Notes under the pieces: model-generated
The model's database searches: none
What the model was told of the DNA's origin: nothing
What the model saw: the letters and a program-made list of their open reading frames with translations, nothing else
In this document: piece by piece, positions 52,462 through 64,000 of the stretch
Position numbering within the stretch: position 1 is the stretch's first letter
Layout: each line of letters starts with the position of its first letter
Assembly: GCF_964355755.1 (NCBI RefSeq)
Contig: NC_092673.1
Span: forward strand, 33,601,648-33,665,647
Source: Antedon mediterranea
Taxonomy: Eukaryota; Animalia; Echinodermata
Direction of reading: 5' to 3'
Length of the DNA: 64,000 nt
Program-made: the position numbers and the translations under genes

Positions 52462-55400
52462 ATGGACCTGTCACAGGTGCGTGAAGAGCACAGATTTGAT
52501 GAAGCGGCGCTCCATCAGTATCTTATTCAGAATGTTAATGATTTTCCAAAAACCGCAAGTCAACTAAAGATACATCAATACAGGTATTATATATATCACA
52601 TAATATACTGAATTAAAATATGAATTATTATTATGTATATTTTTCCACCATTATTATTGCCCATGTTGTTATAGCAACAAATGTTTGTCTGTGAAAAAAA
52701 TCTAACAGTAGGCAGACATGGAAGTATAATTAATTAGGCCTTTGTGGCATACACCCATTGGCCTTTGACCTTTTCATTAAATTATCACTTAATATTAAAT
52801 TTGTAGAATGGGTCAATCCAATCCAACATTCCTTCTAGAGAAAAACGGACAGAAGTTTGTGATGCGAAAGAAGCCACCAGGACAGCTTTTAAAGGGAGCA
52901 CATCAGGTATTGATAGAAAATAATAACCCTGTTATAATAACTCATGAATATTCATGCCTTTAGTCTGAGGCGATTTCAGTAGCCTTATCATACATATTAA
53001 AAGGGCAAACAAATAAGTATACAAGTCACGTTTTTGTTATGATACCTTTCTTTATCTTTTTATTAGATTGATCGGGAATACCATATTCAAAAGGTGCTGT
53101 ACAATATTGGATTCCCAGTACCAAAGCAGTATTGTTACTGTGCAGATGCTAAAATCATTGGTACTGAATTTTATGTGATGGAACATGTTGCTGTAAGTAT
53201 ATTATTAGGGAGCTTTCCATCTATGTGATGGCCTTCGACCTAATTAGGTCGGGTCAATCTATGTTAATAATGTGACAACAAATGTGATGTGCCCATATAT
53301 GAACATGTCATATCACTACCATATTTGGGCACATCACTACCATATTTAGGCACATAACTACCATATTTGGGCACATCACTACAATATTGGGGAATATCAC
53401 AATTTGTTTAGTCAAACTAGTTTGATAGTGTAAACAGGGTTTTATACTATACAGTAGTATTTATACAGTACAGAAGAATGTAACTTTACCATTTGTTCCT
53501 ACAGGGAAGAATATTCCGTGACCCGAGTCTACCTGGAATTGAGCCCCGGGAAAGAACTAAGATCTACACAGCAATGGCTATGACACTCGCTCGACTACAT
53601 GATGTATTTTGGAGAAGTCTTGACCTACAAAATTATGGAAAGCAAACAGATTACTGTAAAAGACAGGTACAAACAAACACTCTGTGCAACCAACCGTAAC
53701 AGACTTCTGTGAATGCTCATTCATCTCATTGAATGGGGAGGAACATATCTACTATTTTTAGTTCACCTACTAAAAACTTTGATTCAATTGGTCAAGTAGT
53801 AGTAATGGGAGACTTTATGAAGTGTGGTCTAAACATTTTTAAGATATTAATAGATATGTCAGTGTCGTAATGCAGAGGGCTGAGGCCCCTAGGTTTAGCC
53901 CATAGCCATTACGCTACTGATAATAGAGCCTTAATGAAGTGGGTTTTTTTTTCCATATCCAAAACAATCGGGAGAAATTACACCTTTTTAGTGAGAGATG
54001 GAAGATCACTTGAAATATTGGGGAACATCTGTGATTATTTGGAAATTAGAGAGCTCTATGCATCAATTAGCTTGTATTATAAGAGAGATTAATTATTTTA
54101 AAGTAAGTAATTTTTATTTGTCAGGTTTCCACTTGGTCAAGACAGTATGAAGGAGCAACAAAGATGGCCTCCCTTCCTGTGGTCGCTAGTGCTAATGACC
54201 TTCTGAAGTGGCTTCCGGATAACATACCAAAAGATGCCAAGAACGCCTGCATTGTACATGGAGACTTCAGACTTGATAACTTAGTCTTTCACGAACGTAT
54301 AGTAAGGCTAAGAATTTTTTTCATCATGTTTTTAAACAATTCGGCCGTTTTAATCTCAAGGTGCAACAGTCTGTTTCAATTAGTTTCACATTTGAAAAAT
54401 CTTTTACTATACTAATTCCGGTTTTGCCTGCAAGATTTACCGAAATAAATCATAACCAGAATTAAAAATGGTAATGGACACTTATTTCTTGTATTGGTAG
54501 ACCTAGACCTACCAATGTTAACAAGACGGATCAGAGTATAGAGTATACAACGGGATTGATAAAAAACAATTATATATTTGACTTTTTTTGTATTTAAATG
54601 AGATACAACACCAAGGATTTGTTTCTTGCTTTCTAAATTGGCAGAGCACTGAGTAATAAAGATACTACATTTTGTATCTTGGAAATGGCCCCATTGTGCA
54701 CACAGCTACAGTTTAATCATTGGTTTCTTTCTTTTATATTCTTGCTAGCCCAGTGTCATTGCGGTACTGGACTGGGAGTTGTCAACGCTAGGGAATCCAT
54801 TTGCTGATATTGCCTATAACTGCCTGCCTTACATTTGGCCTAAGAACATGCCTCTTACAATCTATGACCAAAATAGTATGTACTGTATTCACTTTTGTAT
54901 CTCTTTTGATAGAAATGTTTAACCAATTAGATCGAGCTATTTAAATTATGTATTCAATCGTGAAATTATTATTTAAAGGAAATATCAGAGTTGTTGGAAT
55001 TTATAGTGCGATGTTCAATTTTATATTGTTTAGGTGAAATGGTGTAAATTTTTTTCCTAAATCTCTGGGAAATCAAGACCAAAATTGAGTTTTTTTTTTG
55101 TTTGACATTTTTCTTTTTGCTGTGCAATGTTAAGGTACATGAATGCATGTGTGTTCTCGTTGATAGGTACGGTTAGTGATTTGTCAAGCATTGCTGGTAT
55201 CCATTCACATGAGAACTACGTGAAGCTGTACTGCAAGTTCCGCATGATTCCGCATCCAATACCAAACTGGTATTTCTACCAAGTTCTTGCATTCTTTAAA
55301 TCAATGTCAATTAGTCGGGTACGTTTATTATTTTCAAAAGTTGAAATTGCTACTGTTACGAAAACTAATATAAAATTTCAGGCTCTGGAGAGCAAAGAAT

Positions 55401-58400
55401 TGTATGTCTAAAACCCAGTTTACACCAGAAAACTGTTGAAAACATTTCTCAGGAGATTTTAATCAATAGTATGCCAGTGTGGACAAGACTTACCTTTAAG
55501 TTGTATGTATTTGTTATAGGGTGTATATGCAAGAAGAGTGCTGGGGAATGCTAGTTCTGATCTTGCATCTAATCTCCAGGATAGTGTTACAAATCTTGCT
55601 AACACTGCTATGGACTTAGTACGAAGGTAAGGAATGTTCTAGACGCTTTATATCAAAGTGTAATATGACTATTTGCACTTTCTGACAGAATATACAAATT
55701 TGTGTAAATTCTCCTTCCTATCACAAGTGTAAATGCCTTTAGGGCACAAACTTTATTAAAACATTGCATTATAGTATTTAGCTATTAGCATGAACAATTC
55801 AAAATGAATAGTTTTATTTCTCTATACGAGACACTTTGTATGTGTTTGATATGTTTAATAATGCAAAAATAAAAGCAATAAATGCAGTATAGTTATACTG
55901 TTGATGATTGGCAACGGTTTTGTGAAAATAGAATTATGAACATCATTCAATTCTCCATTCTAAAAATAGTCAAATAATTTTGCAATTTATATTAGAGTAC
56001 CATGTCATGCCATGAGCTCATAATTTTATTTTGTTGTAGAACCGATATTCTCAGATAAAATAAAGTTTTAATTTATAAATTATTTTTTGGTTAATTAGAA
56101 TTAATCTAACCAGAACATTAGTTTAAATTGAAATTAAATTTTATGTTCAATTTATAGCTATGAAATGGATAATTATAGCGATTTGCCAATCCTACAAACT
56201 CAACCAATGTCTGCTAAAGGAAGGAAGATTCTAGAAGAAGTCAAAGAATTTATAAACCAACATGTCTACCCAGCGGAACAGGTGAGAAACATTTTAAACT
56301 GAAATAATATGAACAAAATATACACCATGAACAATTCTTATCACTGTAGAGAAAATGATGCAAAGAGTGTTGAGTCATTGTTCTTATTAAATGATAGTTT
56401 GCAAAACATTTGCCTGTTTATCACATTAAAATGATGTGAAATAGAGGGCGCTGTTGCAAGCATAGTTCATTGTTATACTTGCGAACATCAGATATTAGTA
56501 TACAGATACCATATCGGAATCTAAAGTGTACATGTCATAGAAATTTATTCAACATTTGTTTCTGATTTTGTTATCATTACAAATTAAAGTGCCTTCCAAA
56601 ACATCCTGGTTACTCAGGCTTGTGCAATTGATTTCGTATTTCAGATATATTATCAGCAACTTAAGGAGTCTGCCACACCATGGACAGTTATTCCTGTTAT
56701 GGAACAACTTAAGGTTTTTAAAAATTATATTGTATTTTAATTATGTAATATTGAAAGACATTTTTAGTTTAGTAAAGATATATTGTTCCCCAAAACATGA
56801 AAAATAAAGATGAATAAAATCAAATAAGTACTTTTATTCACTTCCGCATAAAAAAAAACAAGCTAAAATAATAATGATTTTATAACTTTAAAAAAAAGTA
56901 GATAGTTAAATTTAACCAAAACCCCATTGACTTCCAGACATGGTGTTCCTGTCATATCTTCAAATTATGGGGTGATTTTTGTTTTCGACCTAATTTTTGG
57001 TCAAAATTGAATTACAATGCAACATTTAGATGAGGTAAAATATATGTAAATTATGCATTTGCATTTAAATTTCTAACAGAATTATTTTGTTGGGTAGGCC
57101 AAGGCTAGAAAGGCTGGTTTGTGGAACTTGTTCCTGCCAGGTGTGAGTGGTATTAGCGTACTAGAGTATGCCTACATGGCAGAGGAGATGGGCCGATCAC
57201 CTATAGCATCAGAGGTGTTCAACTGCAGTGCTCCAGGTAATATTATAAACTTGTTTTATTCACCTGTACTTTTAAAAAACATAGCCATTAAGAAATTTTG
57301 TTGTTGTTGCCATGCAAATAAGAAACTGTAACTTGTCCACTCTTTTTCTATTATAATTAATTAGGAAAAAGAAGCATCCCCGAGCGGGTACTTATCTCCA
57401 CCATACTCCAATAGTTTAATACCCAGACAATCCCAGTCATTTTGATACTCGCTTACAGTAGTCCCTCCCCCCCATTTTGGCTGCTAAATTGTATCCAAGG
57501 TGGCAGATAATTTTCAAATTTCATATAAACAATTCCAGTACAATTGCCATTTTGATACAATATAATGGATGCATGCAGTATGAGAAATCTGTATGTAACA
57601 AACAAATTATAACAAATTTATTTTTTTGCTAAAAACACAATATTATTTAAATTTTACAGATACAGGAAACATGGAGGTGCTTCATATGTATGGAAATGAG
57701 GAACAAAAGAAAACATGGCTTGAACCATTACTAAATGCAAAAATACGATCTTGTTTTGGCATGACAGGTATGCTAAAGCTCATTATTTGAAAACTATTTA
57801 TGTGACCACCAAACAATGTGACGTATAGTTTGGAATTTAAACCTGCTGTTGAGATATTCATGTGTTTTACTATTCCAGGTTTCCTACTTCTAGGAGTTTT
57901 ATCAGATGATCTATATTGTTTTGACAACACTTGTAACATGACCACAGTGCAGCAGTTTGTCATTTTTCCCCTAACTGTTGTCTAAATACATTACTCCTAA
58001 ATTTGTGAATAAAAACCAGTAAGATTACCAAAAATACAATAGAACTCTCTTTTGTGCTACCCCTATTATCCGAAAACAAACAAGGGCAAGTATATGTTTT
58101 GACACTACAGCAAATCCCTATTCAAGAGACACCCTTATTAATAGGACACTTTTCTGGTCCCCAAAGGTGTCCCCTTAATAGGGGTTATACTGAATTCCCA
58201 TTTTCTGTTGAAAATTGTATCATATTTTAAAATATGATGGTGTTTTTATTATTGTAGAACCACAGGTTGCTTCAAGCGATGCCACCAATATGGAATGTAC
58301 TATGAAGAGAGTTGGTGAGGAGTACGTGATCAATGGACGCAAATGGTGGAGTAGTGGTATGACAACTATGCTTCTATTTGATAATAAATATCCACGTACC

Positions 58401-61400
58401 ACGCCGTGAGTGTACTATAAGATAGGGACCTATCTACAGAGACCCTTGCCTACAATTGAGGACTAGTGCTGTGTCGCCGTACCATTCTGGGGCCATTAAA
58501 GAGTCGCTATCCAATCAAATTTTAACAATACCATCTCCAATGGTTTACTGATTAGGACATCTGCATATCAAGCAGAAGATTCTGGGTCAAATATCAGTTG
58601 GGTTTTTTTTATTCTCACAGATTTCCTCATTTTTATCATTCCTTAATTTATTTTATTGTCAGTATGTCACCAACCAGTTTGAAAAAAAACAAACAAATGA
58701 TACAAAATTTAAATTTTATATTTTATGTATAGTTTTGTATATTATTTATATTGTAAAGTTATAAATACAAATAGTAGAAACAATATATCAAGACTTGAAA
58801 TATGCACGCGTGTGGTTCCAGAACCAGTGATGTCATCGTCGGTTTCATCAAGCGGGAGTTCTAGTGTAAATATGGTTTCACACTGAAATGTTGAATCACT
58901 GTATTGTTGTCTGGCGTCTGAGCAGAACCAGAATTTCTTCTGTGCCTGTAAATTGTTATTAAAACACATAGTTAACACAATGCCCTATTGTTTTTGTCCA
59001 TATAAGGTGCTGGTGACCCCAGGTGTAAGCTGATTATACTAATGACTAGAGCAGGTGATATGAAAAGCAGGTATACTTAATTTGCATAATTTAACAAGCA
59101 TATATAAGCATATCAGAATTGTGATAGCATCACTAACTACCTCATTTTTAATTTGTTACAGGCATTCTAGTCACAGTATGATTATTGTTCCCATGGAAAC
59201 CCCAGGAATCACTAAGATTCGACCTTTGTCTGTCTATGGTTCAGAAGGTAGGTTATAACACGTTTGATATTACTTCTTTCTTGTTTATTTACTACTTTAT
59301 ACTTAATCATTTTGTCTTTTCTTTCTTTTTCTTATTTACATATTTCTTACCTACTTTTTTTATTTTTTATTTTTTTCATTAGATCCTCCTCACGGCCATC
59401 TGGAATTGAAATTTGAAAATGTTCGTGTACCAGCTTCCAATCTCATTCTTGGTAAATTTTCTCTTCTTTTATTGTGAGTGAGTGGCCGAGCGGTTAAGAC
59501 AGTGGAACCGTAATTACGTAGCCATAACATCCGCAGGGGTTCGAGGCTCACTCACTCCATGGTTCTGGTGGTAGAACGAGTCTTCTCGGATAAGGACTAT
59601 AAACCGTAGGTCCAGTGTACACATCTAGCTCGTGTGCACTTTAAAGAACCTAGTACATCTTTCGAGATGAGTAGGGGGTTACCCCGGTGTATTAGTACAT
59701 CACAGCCACTGATCACCAACTGGGCCCTCTGGGAGACCAGTCTTTGACTGAAGAGGTTACCCAGTATAAATATAAATTTCAATTTCAATCAATCACGTAT
59801 GTATTATAATGCTAAACTCAATTTGTAATGTGACTTACCCCTTTCAATTGTTTCATTTGTTCAGGTGAAGGACGTGGTTTTGAGATAGCTCAAGGAAGGC
59901 TAGGCCCTGGTCGTATACACCATTGTATGAGACTGATAGGCCTAGCCGAGAGGTCACTTGGGCTTCTTTGCGACAGAGCTTTTCAGAGAAAGGCGTTTAA
60001 AAAAAGGCTGATTGAAATGGTAAGAAAGAGACAACTTTTTTGCAAGAAACATTTATAGTAAATTTAGTGATTATAATTAATTATAATTGAAATTATAATA
60101 TTGCCTTTTATTGTTTATAACAATAAGACAAATTATCGATACAATGAAAAATAAGAAATTTCAATTTATATAATATTCCATATATCCTCTAGTATAATCC
60201 CATAATTCCTAGAACGCAAATTGTGGGGTGGGAGAACACGAGGGAAAATGATTGGTAAGCATTTCTTGTAAAAACTCATCTGAACTGGCTATGAGAGAGG
60301 TTTTCAACCAGACCAAAAGTCAATACTGTGACTATACCCAGGGATATGCCTGTTTGTGAAATCATACATAAAGTAGGGGGTGGGATTAGACCAGAAGTGG
60401 GATTGTACCCGAGGATATACGGTAATAATTTGTTTACTCTCTGCCTTCCCATAATTGCTAGGAGAGCTATTATACTTTTATTAATGTTTTTTTTTAAATA
60501 GCAAAATAAATCAAATTATTAAATATTTGACAGGGTGTAATACAGCACAAAATAGCTGAGTGTCGTATATCTATTGATCAAGCCCGACTATTGGTTCTTA
60601 AAGCGGCACATACCATTGATGTTAGGGGGGTGAAAGCCGCAAGACAACAGGTACAGTATAAGAAACCATACTCATGACCTTGTTCACTGTTCCCTTGGGC
60701 CAGATTATCAATTTCGCTTAGCAAAAATGTCTTCATATATAGTCATCAAAATTTTGATATATTTTTGACAATTTTTTTTTGTTAAGATGACAATGTTCAT
60801 TCCTTACGATAAATAGTTTTATTTTTATAAAAGGCTTCAGATTTTTACTTAAGCACTGCTTAATTATCTTCACTTAAGCAAAAGCTAATATGCCAAGCCT
60901 AAAAACTACTACACGTTATTAACCAATCTGTGTATTGCTTAACAAACAATTGTTAAAAACTTAGCAAACTCCATCGAACCAACATAAGTGAGCAGTGTAG
61001 TCTACAACTCACATTGTATGTAAATACATTTTTAAATAATATTTGTTGTTCACTTATTTTTTACTTATTTCTAAACCCGACAAAACTCTAACATGCTGTA
61101 GTTAACTCTATAAAAGTTATTGAATCATGTAGTGTACAACTCAGTTCAAATTTCAATTTATAATAAAATAACTACTTTTTTTTAACTTATTTCTAAACCC
61201 TGCAAACCTGCAACATGCTGTAGTTAACGCTATCAAACCAATAAATGGTTGAATCATGTAGTTTGTTTCTTCGTTCAATTTACTGTACAAATTTCAATGA
61301 TTTGATGCTTGTTTAATACAGGTTGCTATGATAAAAGTAGTAGTACCACGCATGGCCGTGTCCGTGATAGACGAAGCAATTCAAGTGCATGGGGGAGCCG

Positions 61401-61540
61401 GCGTTTCAAGTGATACGCCACTTGCCGGCTTCTACGCCATCGCTCGATCATTGAGGATTGCTGATGGACCGGATGAAGTCCATCTATCACAGATTGCCAA
61501 GCAAGAGATTTTAGCGCAAAGTAAGAAGTCAATGTTGTAA
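52462..61540 (+). CDS. ACAD11: Acyl-CoA dehydrogenase family member 11 (N-terminal APH-like kinase + ACAD domain), 19 coding exons, ~773 aa
   Basis: join(52462..52583,52807..52906,53067..53192,53505..53666,54125..54301,54749..54875,55167..55318,55520..55626,56158..56281,56645..56713,57098..57236,57660..57767,58258..58356,59007..59070,59162..59247,59383..59451,59865..60019,60534..60650,61322..61540), 2322 nt. Motifs [73 protein letters not shown]. No N-terminal HAD domain (so ACAD11 rather than ACAD10). PTS1-like end SML. Confidence 0.92.
58106..58192. mobile_element. Short Tc1/pogo-like MITE (CCCCTATT...GGACAC / GTGTCCCCTTAATAGGGG family)
   Basis: TACAGCAAATCCCTATTCAAGAGACAC ... GTGTCCCCTTAATAGGGGTTATACTG. 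Relatives at ~28930, ~40055-40190 and ~49835-49970. Confidence 0.6.
59474..59790 (+). mobile_element. Full-length tRNA-derived SINE with Deu/Nin conserved central domain
   Basis: A box TGGCCGAGCGG and B box GGTTCGAGGC. The central GTCTTCTCGGATAAGGACTATAAACCGTAGGTCC...TTAAAGAACC...TTCGAGATGAGTAGGGGGTTACCCCGGTGT matches the Deu-domain consensus as I recall it. (TTCAAT)n tail. Confidence 0.8.
60176..60424. mobile_element. Tc1/pogo-like MITE carrying one copy of the 76-bp unit
   Basis: Ends TTCCATATATCCTCTAGTATAATCCC ... GGGATTGTACCCGAGGATATACGGTA; internal homology to 37085-37801. Confidence 0.75.
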
Positions 61541-62329
61541 TTGAACATACAATAACTACATAATCTCTATTTTTACCCATTTTAGAGGTACTGTGTATGA
61601 AATCATTAAAAATCCATTTCTAAAAAGATGATTAAAGGTGCATTTTTTCCTGAAATACAGTAAATGAGTTTAGTTTAATTTTAAATGAATCAAAAGTGGG
61701 TGAAAGTTTGACAGAAGGTGGGAGTTTGTTGCAAAAAGAGTTCCGCCATGGAATGGTAGTTTACCTATACAAAAATGAAATACCAAATATTTTATTTTTG
61801 ATAAATGTAAATGATCAGTTAATTGTGATTTTAAAAGCAAATATTAAACAATATGCAACTACATAGGAATAAGTTATATAGATAATTAATTATATAAGAA
61901 ATAAAGAAAATAAAATTGACTAATGAATAATTGTCTATAAACTGTAAGTAGCGAATAAAATATTTTATATTTTTTTTCCAAAAAAAATGCATATAATTGA
62001 GGTAATTTTAAAATAGATTTGTATATGAAGTAAATGATTTTAATAAATAAGTTATATAATTTAGGTAGTTTGAAAATAGTTTATGTAATATAAATTATGT
62101 AATTTGCATTATAAATTATATAATTTGCATATAATTTAAATAATTTGAATACTGTATGAATTATGACTATTGATTATGCTATATTTTTATTAATTTTCAT
62201 ATAATTTTCAAATATAATATTAAAAATAATTATATAATATCCATATATTGTCGTTCATATTAAAACCTATATTAATATATACCTCATGATTAGGAATACT
62301 TTAAAATTAATATTTTCTTTTTTATAAAT

Positions 62330-64000
62330 ATCACCCAATATAATATTTCAATATTAATGCGATAATATTGCCATATATTGTGTTATCATCATCTTATAGT
62401 GTCATAGTAACTAGTTATGTCAAAAAATAAAATGGTACAAATTTGGCAATTTTTTTAAAATATCCCTGTACTATAGTACAAGGATTTTTTCGAAAATTGG
62501 TCAAAATATCCACTTTTTAAATTCAATATTTATGCGATAATATTGCCATATATTGTGTTATCATCATCTTATAGTGTGATAGTAAGTTGTTATGTCAAAA
62601 AATAAAAGGCTCGAAATTTGGCCAATATTTTAAAAATTTCTCTGTACTTATATAGCATAGGGATTTTGTTGAAAATTGGCCAAAATATCCACTTTTTAAA
62701 ATTCAAAAATAATGTGGTAATATTGCCATATATGCGCATATATTATGTTATCATCATCTTATAGTGCCATAGTAACTAGTTATGTCAGAAAATAAAAGGG
62801 TCGAAATTTGGCCATTTTCGAAAATTTTCCTGTACTATAAAAGTATAGTAGTATATATAATTTTCATATTTTTATTATTATTATTTGACTCTGCGCATGT
62901 TTATTATGCTATAGTAACAATCTTTATGTCAAAAGTGGTTACTATAGCACAATCAACATGCGCAGAACGCATTATTCGACTCTGCGCATGTTTATTACGC
63001 TATAATAACCATTTATGTCAAAAGTGGAGTGGAGCTGTAGCTTGGTGGTTAACGTGCTTGCCTTCCAATCCCAAGGTCCCGGGTTCAATCCTGACCTAGT
63101 GCAGGGTTGTAACTCATGACTCTTTCAACTCCACTCCCTAAGCCTCAAATGAGACTTAGTTTATAAGCACGATAAATTATTAAATAGTTTATCCATCCTG
63201 TAATTGGCGAGTTACTCGCTGTTGGATGAGTATGAATAAAGAAAAAAAAAAAAAAAGTGGTTACTATAGCACAATTAACATGCGCAGAACGCATTATTCG
63301 ACTATGCGCATGTTTATTATGCTATAGTAACCATTTATGTCAAAAAATAAAAGGGTCGAAATTCGGTCATTTTTCGTAAAAGATCTTATCCAAAAATTGC
63401 CAATTTTCGACCTTTTTATTTTTCGATAAAACTGGTTACTATAGCACAATTAGCATGCGCAGAACGCATTATTCGACTCTGCGCATGTTTATTATGCTAT
63501 AGTAACCATTTATGTCAAAAGTGGTTACTATACCACAATCAACATGCGCAGAACGCATTATTCGACTCTGCGCATGTTTATTACGCTATAATAACCATTT
63601 ATGTCAAAAGTGGTTACTATAGCACAATTAACATGCGCAGAACGCATTATTCGACTCTGCGCATGTTTGTTATGCTATAGTAACCATTTATGTCAAAAAA
63701 TAAAAGGGTCGAAATTCAGTCATTTTTCGAAAATTTCCCTGTACTATTATAGTACAGGGATTTTTCCAAAAATTGCGATTTTTAGATCTTTATATTTTTC
63801 GATAAAACTGGTTACTATAGCACAATTAGCATGCGCAGAACGCATTATTTGACTCTGCGCATGTTTATTATACTATAGTAACCATTTATGTCAAAAAATA
63901 AAAGGGTGGAAATTCGGTCATTTTTCGAAAATTTCCCTGTACTATATATAGTACAGGGATTTTTTCCAAAAATTGCCAATTTTCGACCTTTTTATTTTTC
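62330..64000. repeat. Complex satellite: ~180-bp units followed by ~88-bp self-complementary hairpin units
   Basis: Three ~180-bp units (CAATATTAATGCGATAATATTGCC...), then about 6-7 units of GGTTACTATAGCAC..ACATGCGCAGA..TCTGCGCATGT..TGCTATAGTAACC. Runs off the window end. Confidence 0.9.
63028..63252 (+). mobile_element. Young tRNA-derived poly(A) SINE inserted in the satellite
   Basis: GGAGCTGTAGCTTGGTGG...CTTCCAA...GGTTCAATCC head, AATAAAG(A)n tail, TSD AAAAGTGG at 63020-63027 and 63253-63260. Confidence 0.85.

Noticed and set aside
59071-59161. U12-type intron in ACAD11 (donor GTATACTT)
   Set aside because: One mismatch from GTATCCTT, and the branch site is U2-like (CACTAAC) rather than TCCTTAAC.

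Overview
AT-rich, intron-rich animal genomic DNA, probably from a marine invertebrate (possibly a deuterostome; the species cannot be fixed from sequence alone). Four host genes were reconstructed by eye from GT-AG exons. (1) The first coding exon of a prokineticin-receptor-like GPCR (minus; the rest is presumably left of the window). (2) A complete 9-exon ALDH9A1 (plus, ~515 aa). (3) A complete 7-exon POFUT1 (minus, ~391 aa, ends KTEL). (4) A complete 19-exon ACAD11 kinase/acyl-CoA dehydrogenase (plus, ~773 aa, ends SML). Introns and intergenic DNA hold many mobile elements: a Penelope-like element whose inverted pseudo-LTRs each carry a minimal U3-A8 hammerhead ribozyme motif, an L2 LINE split by a TTAA DNA transposon, a young RTE fragment with TSD, Deu/Nin-type and other tRNA SINEs, a 5S+tRNA composite SINE, tRNA-bearing elements in (TA)n tracts, several MITE families, and satellites that appear to have grown out of MITEs. 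No prokaryotic system or CRISPR array is present.
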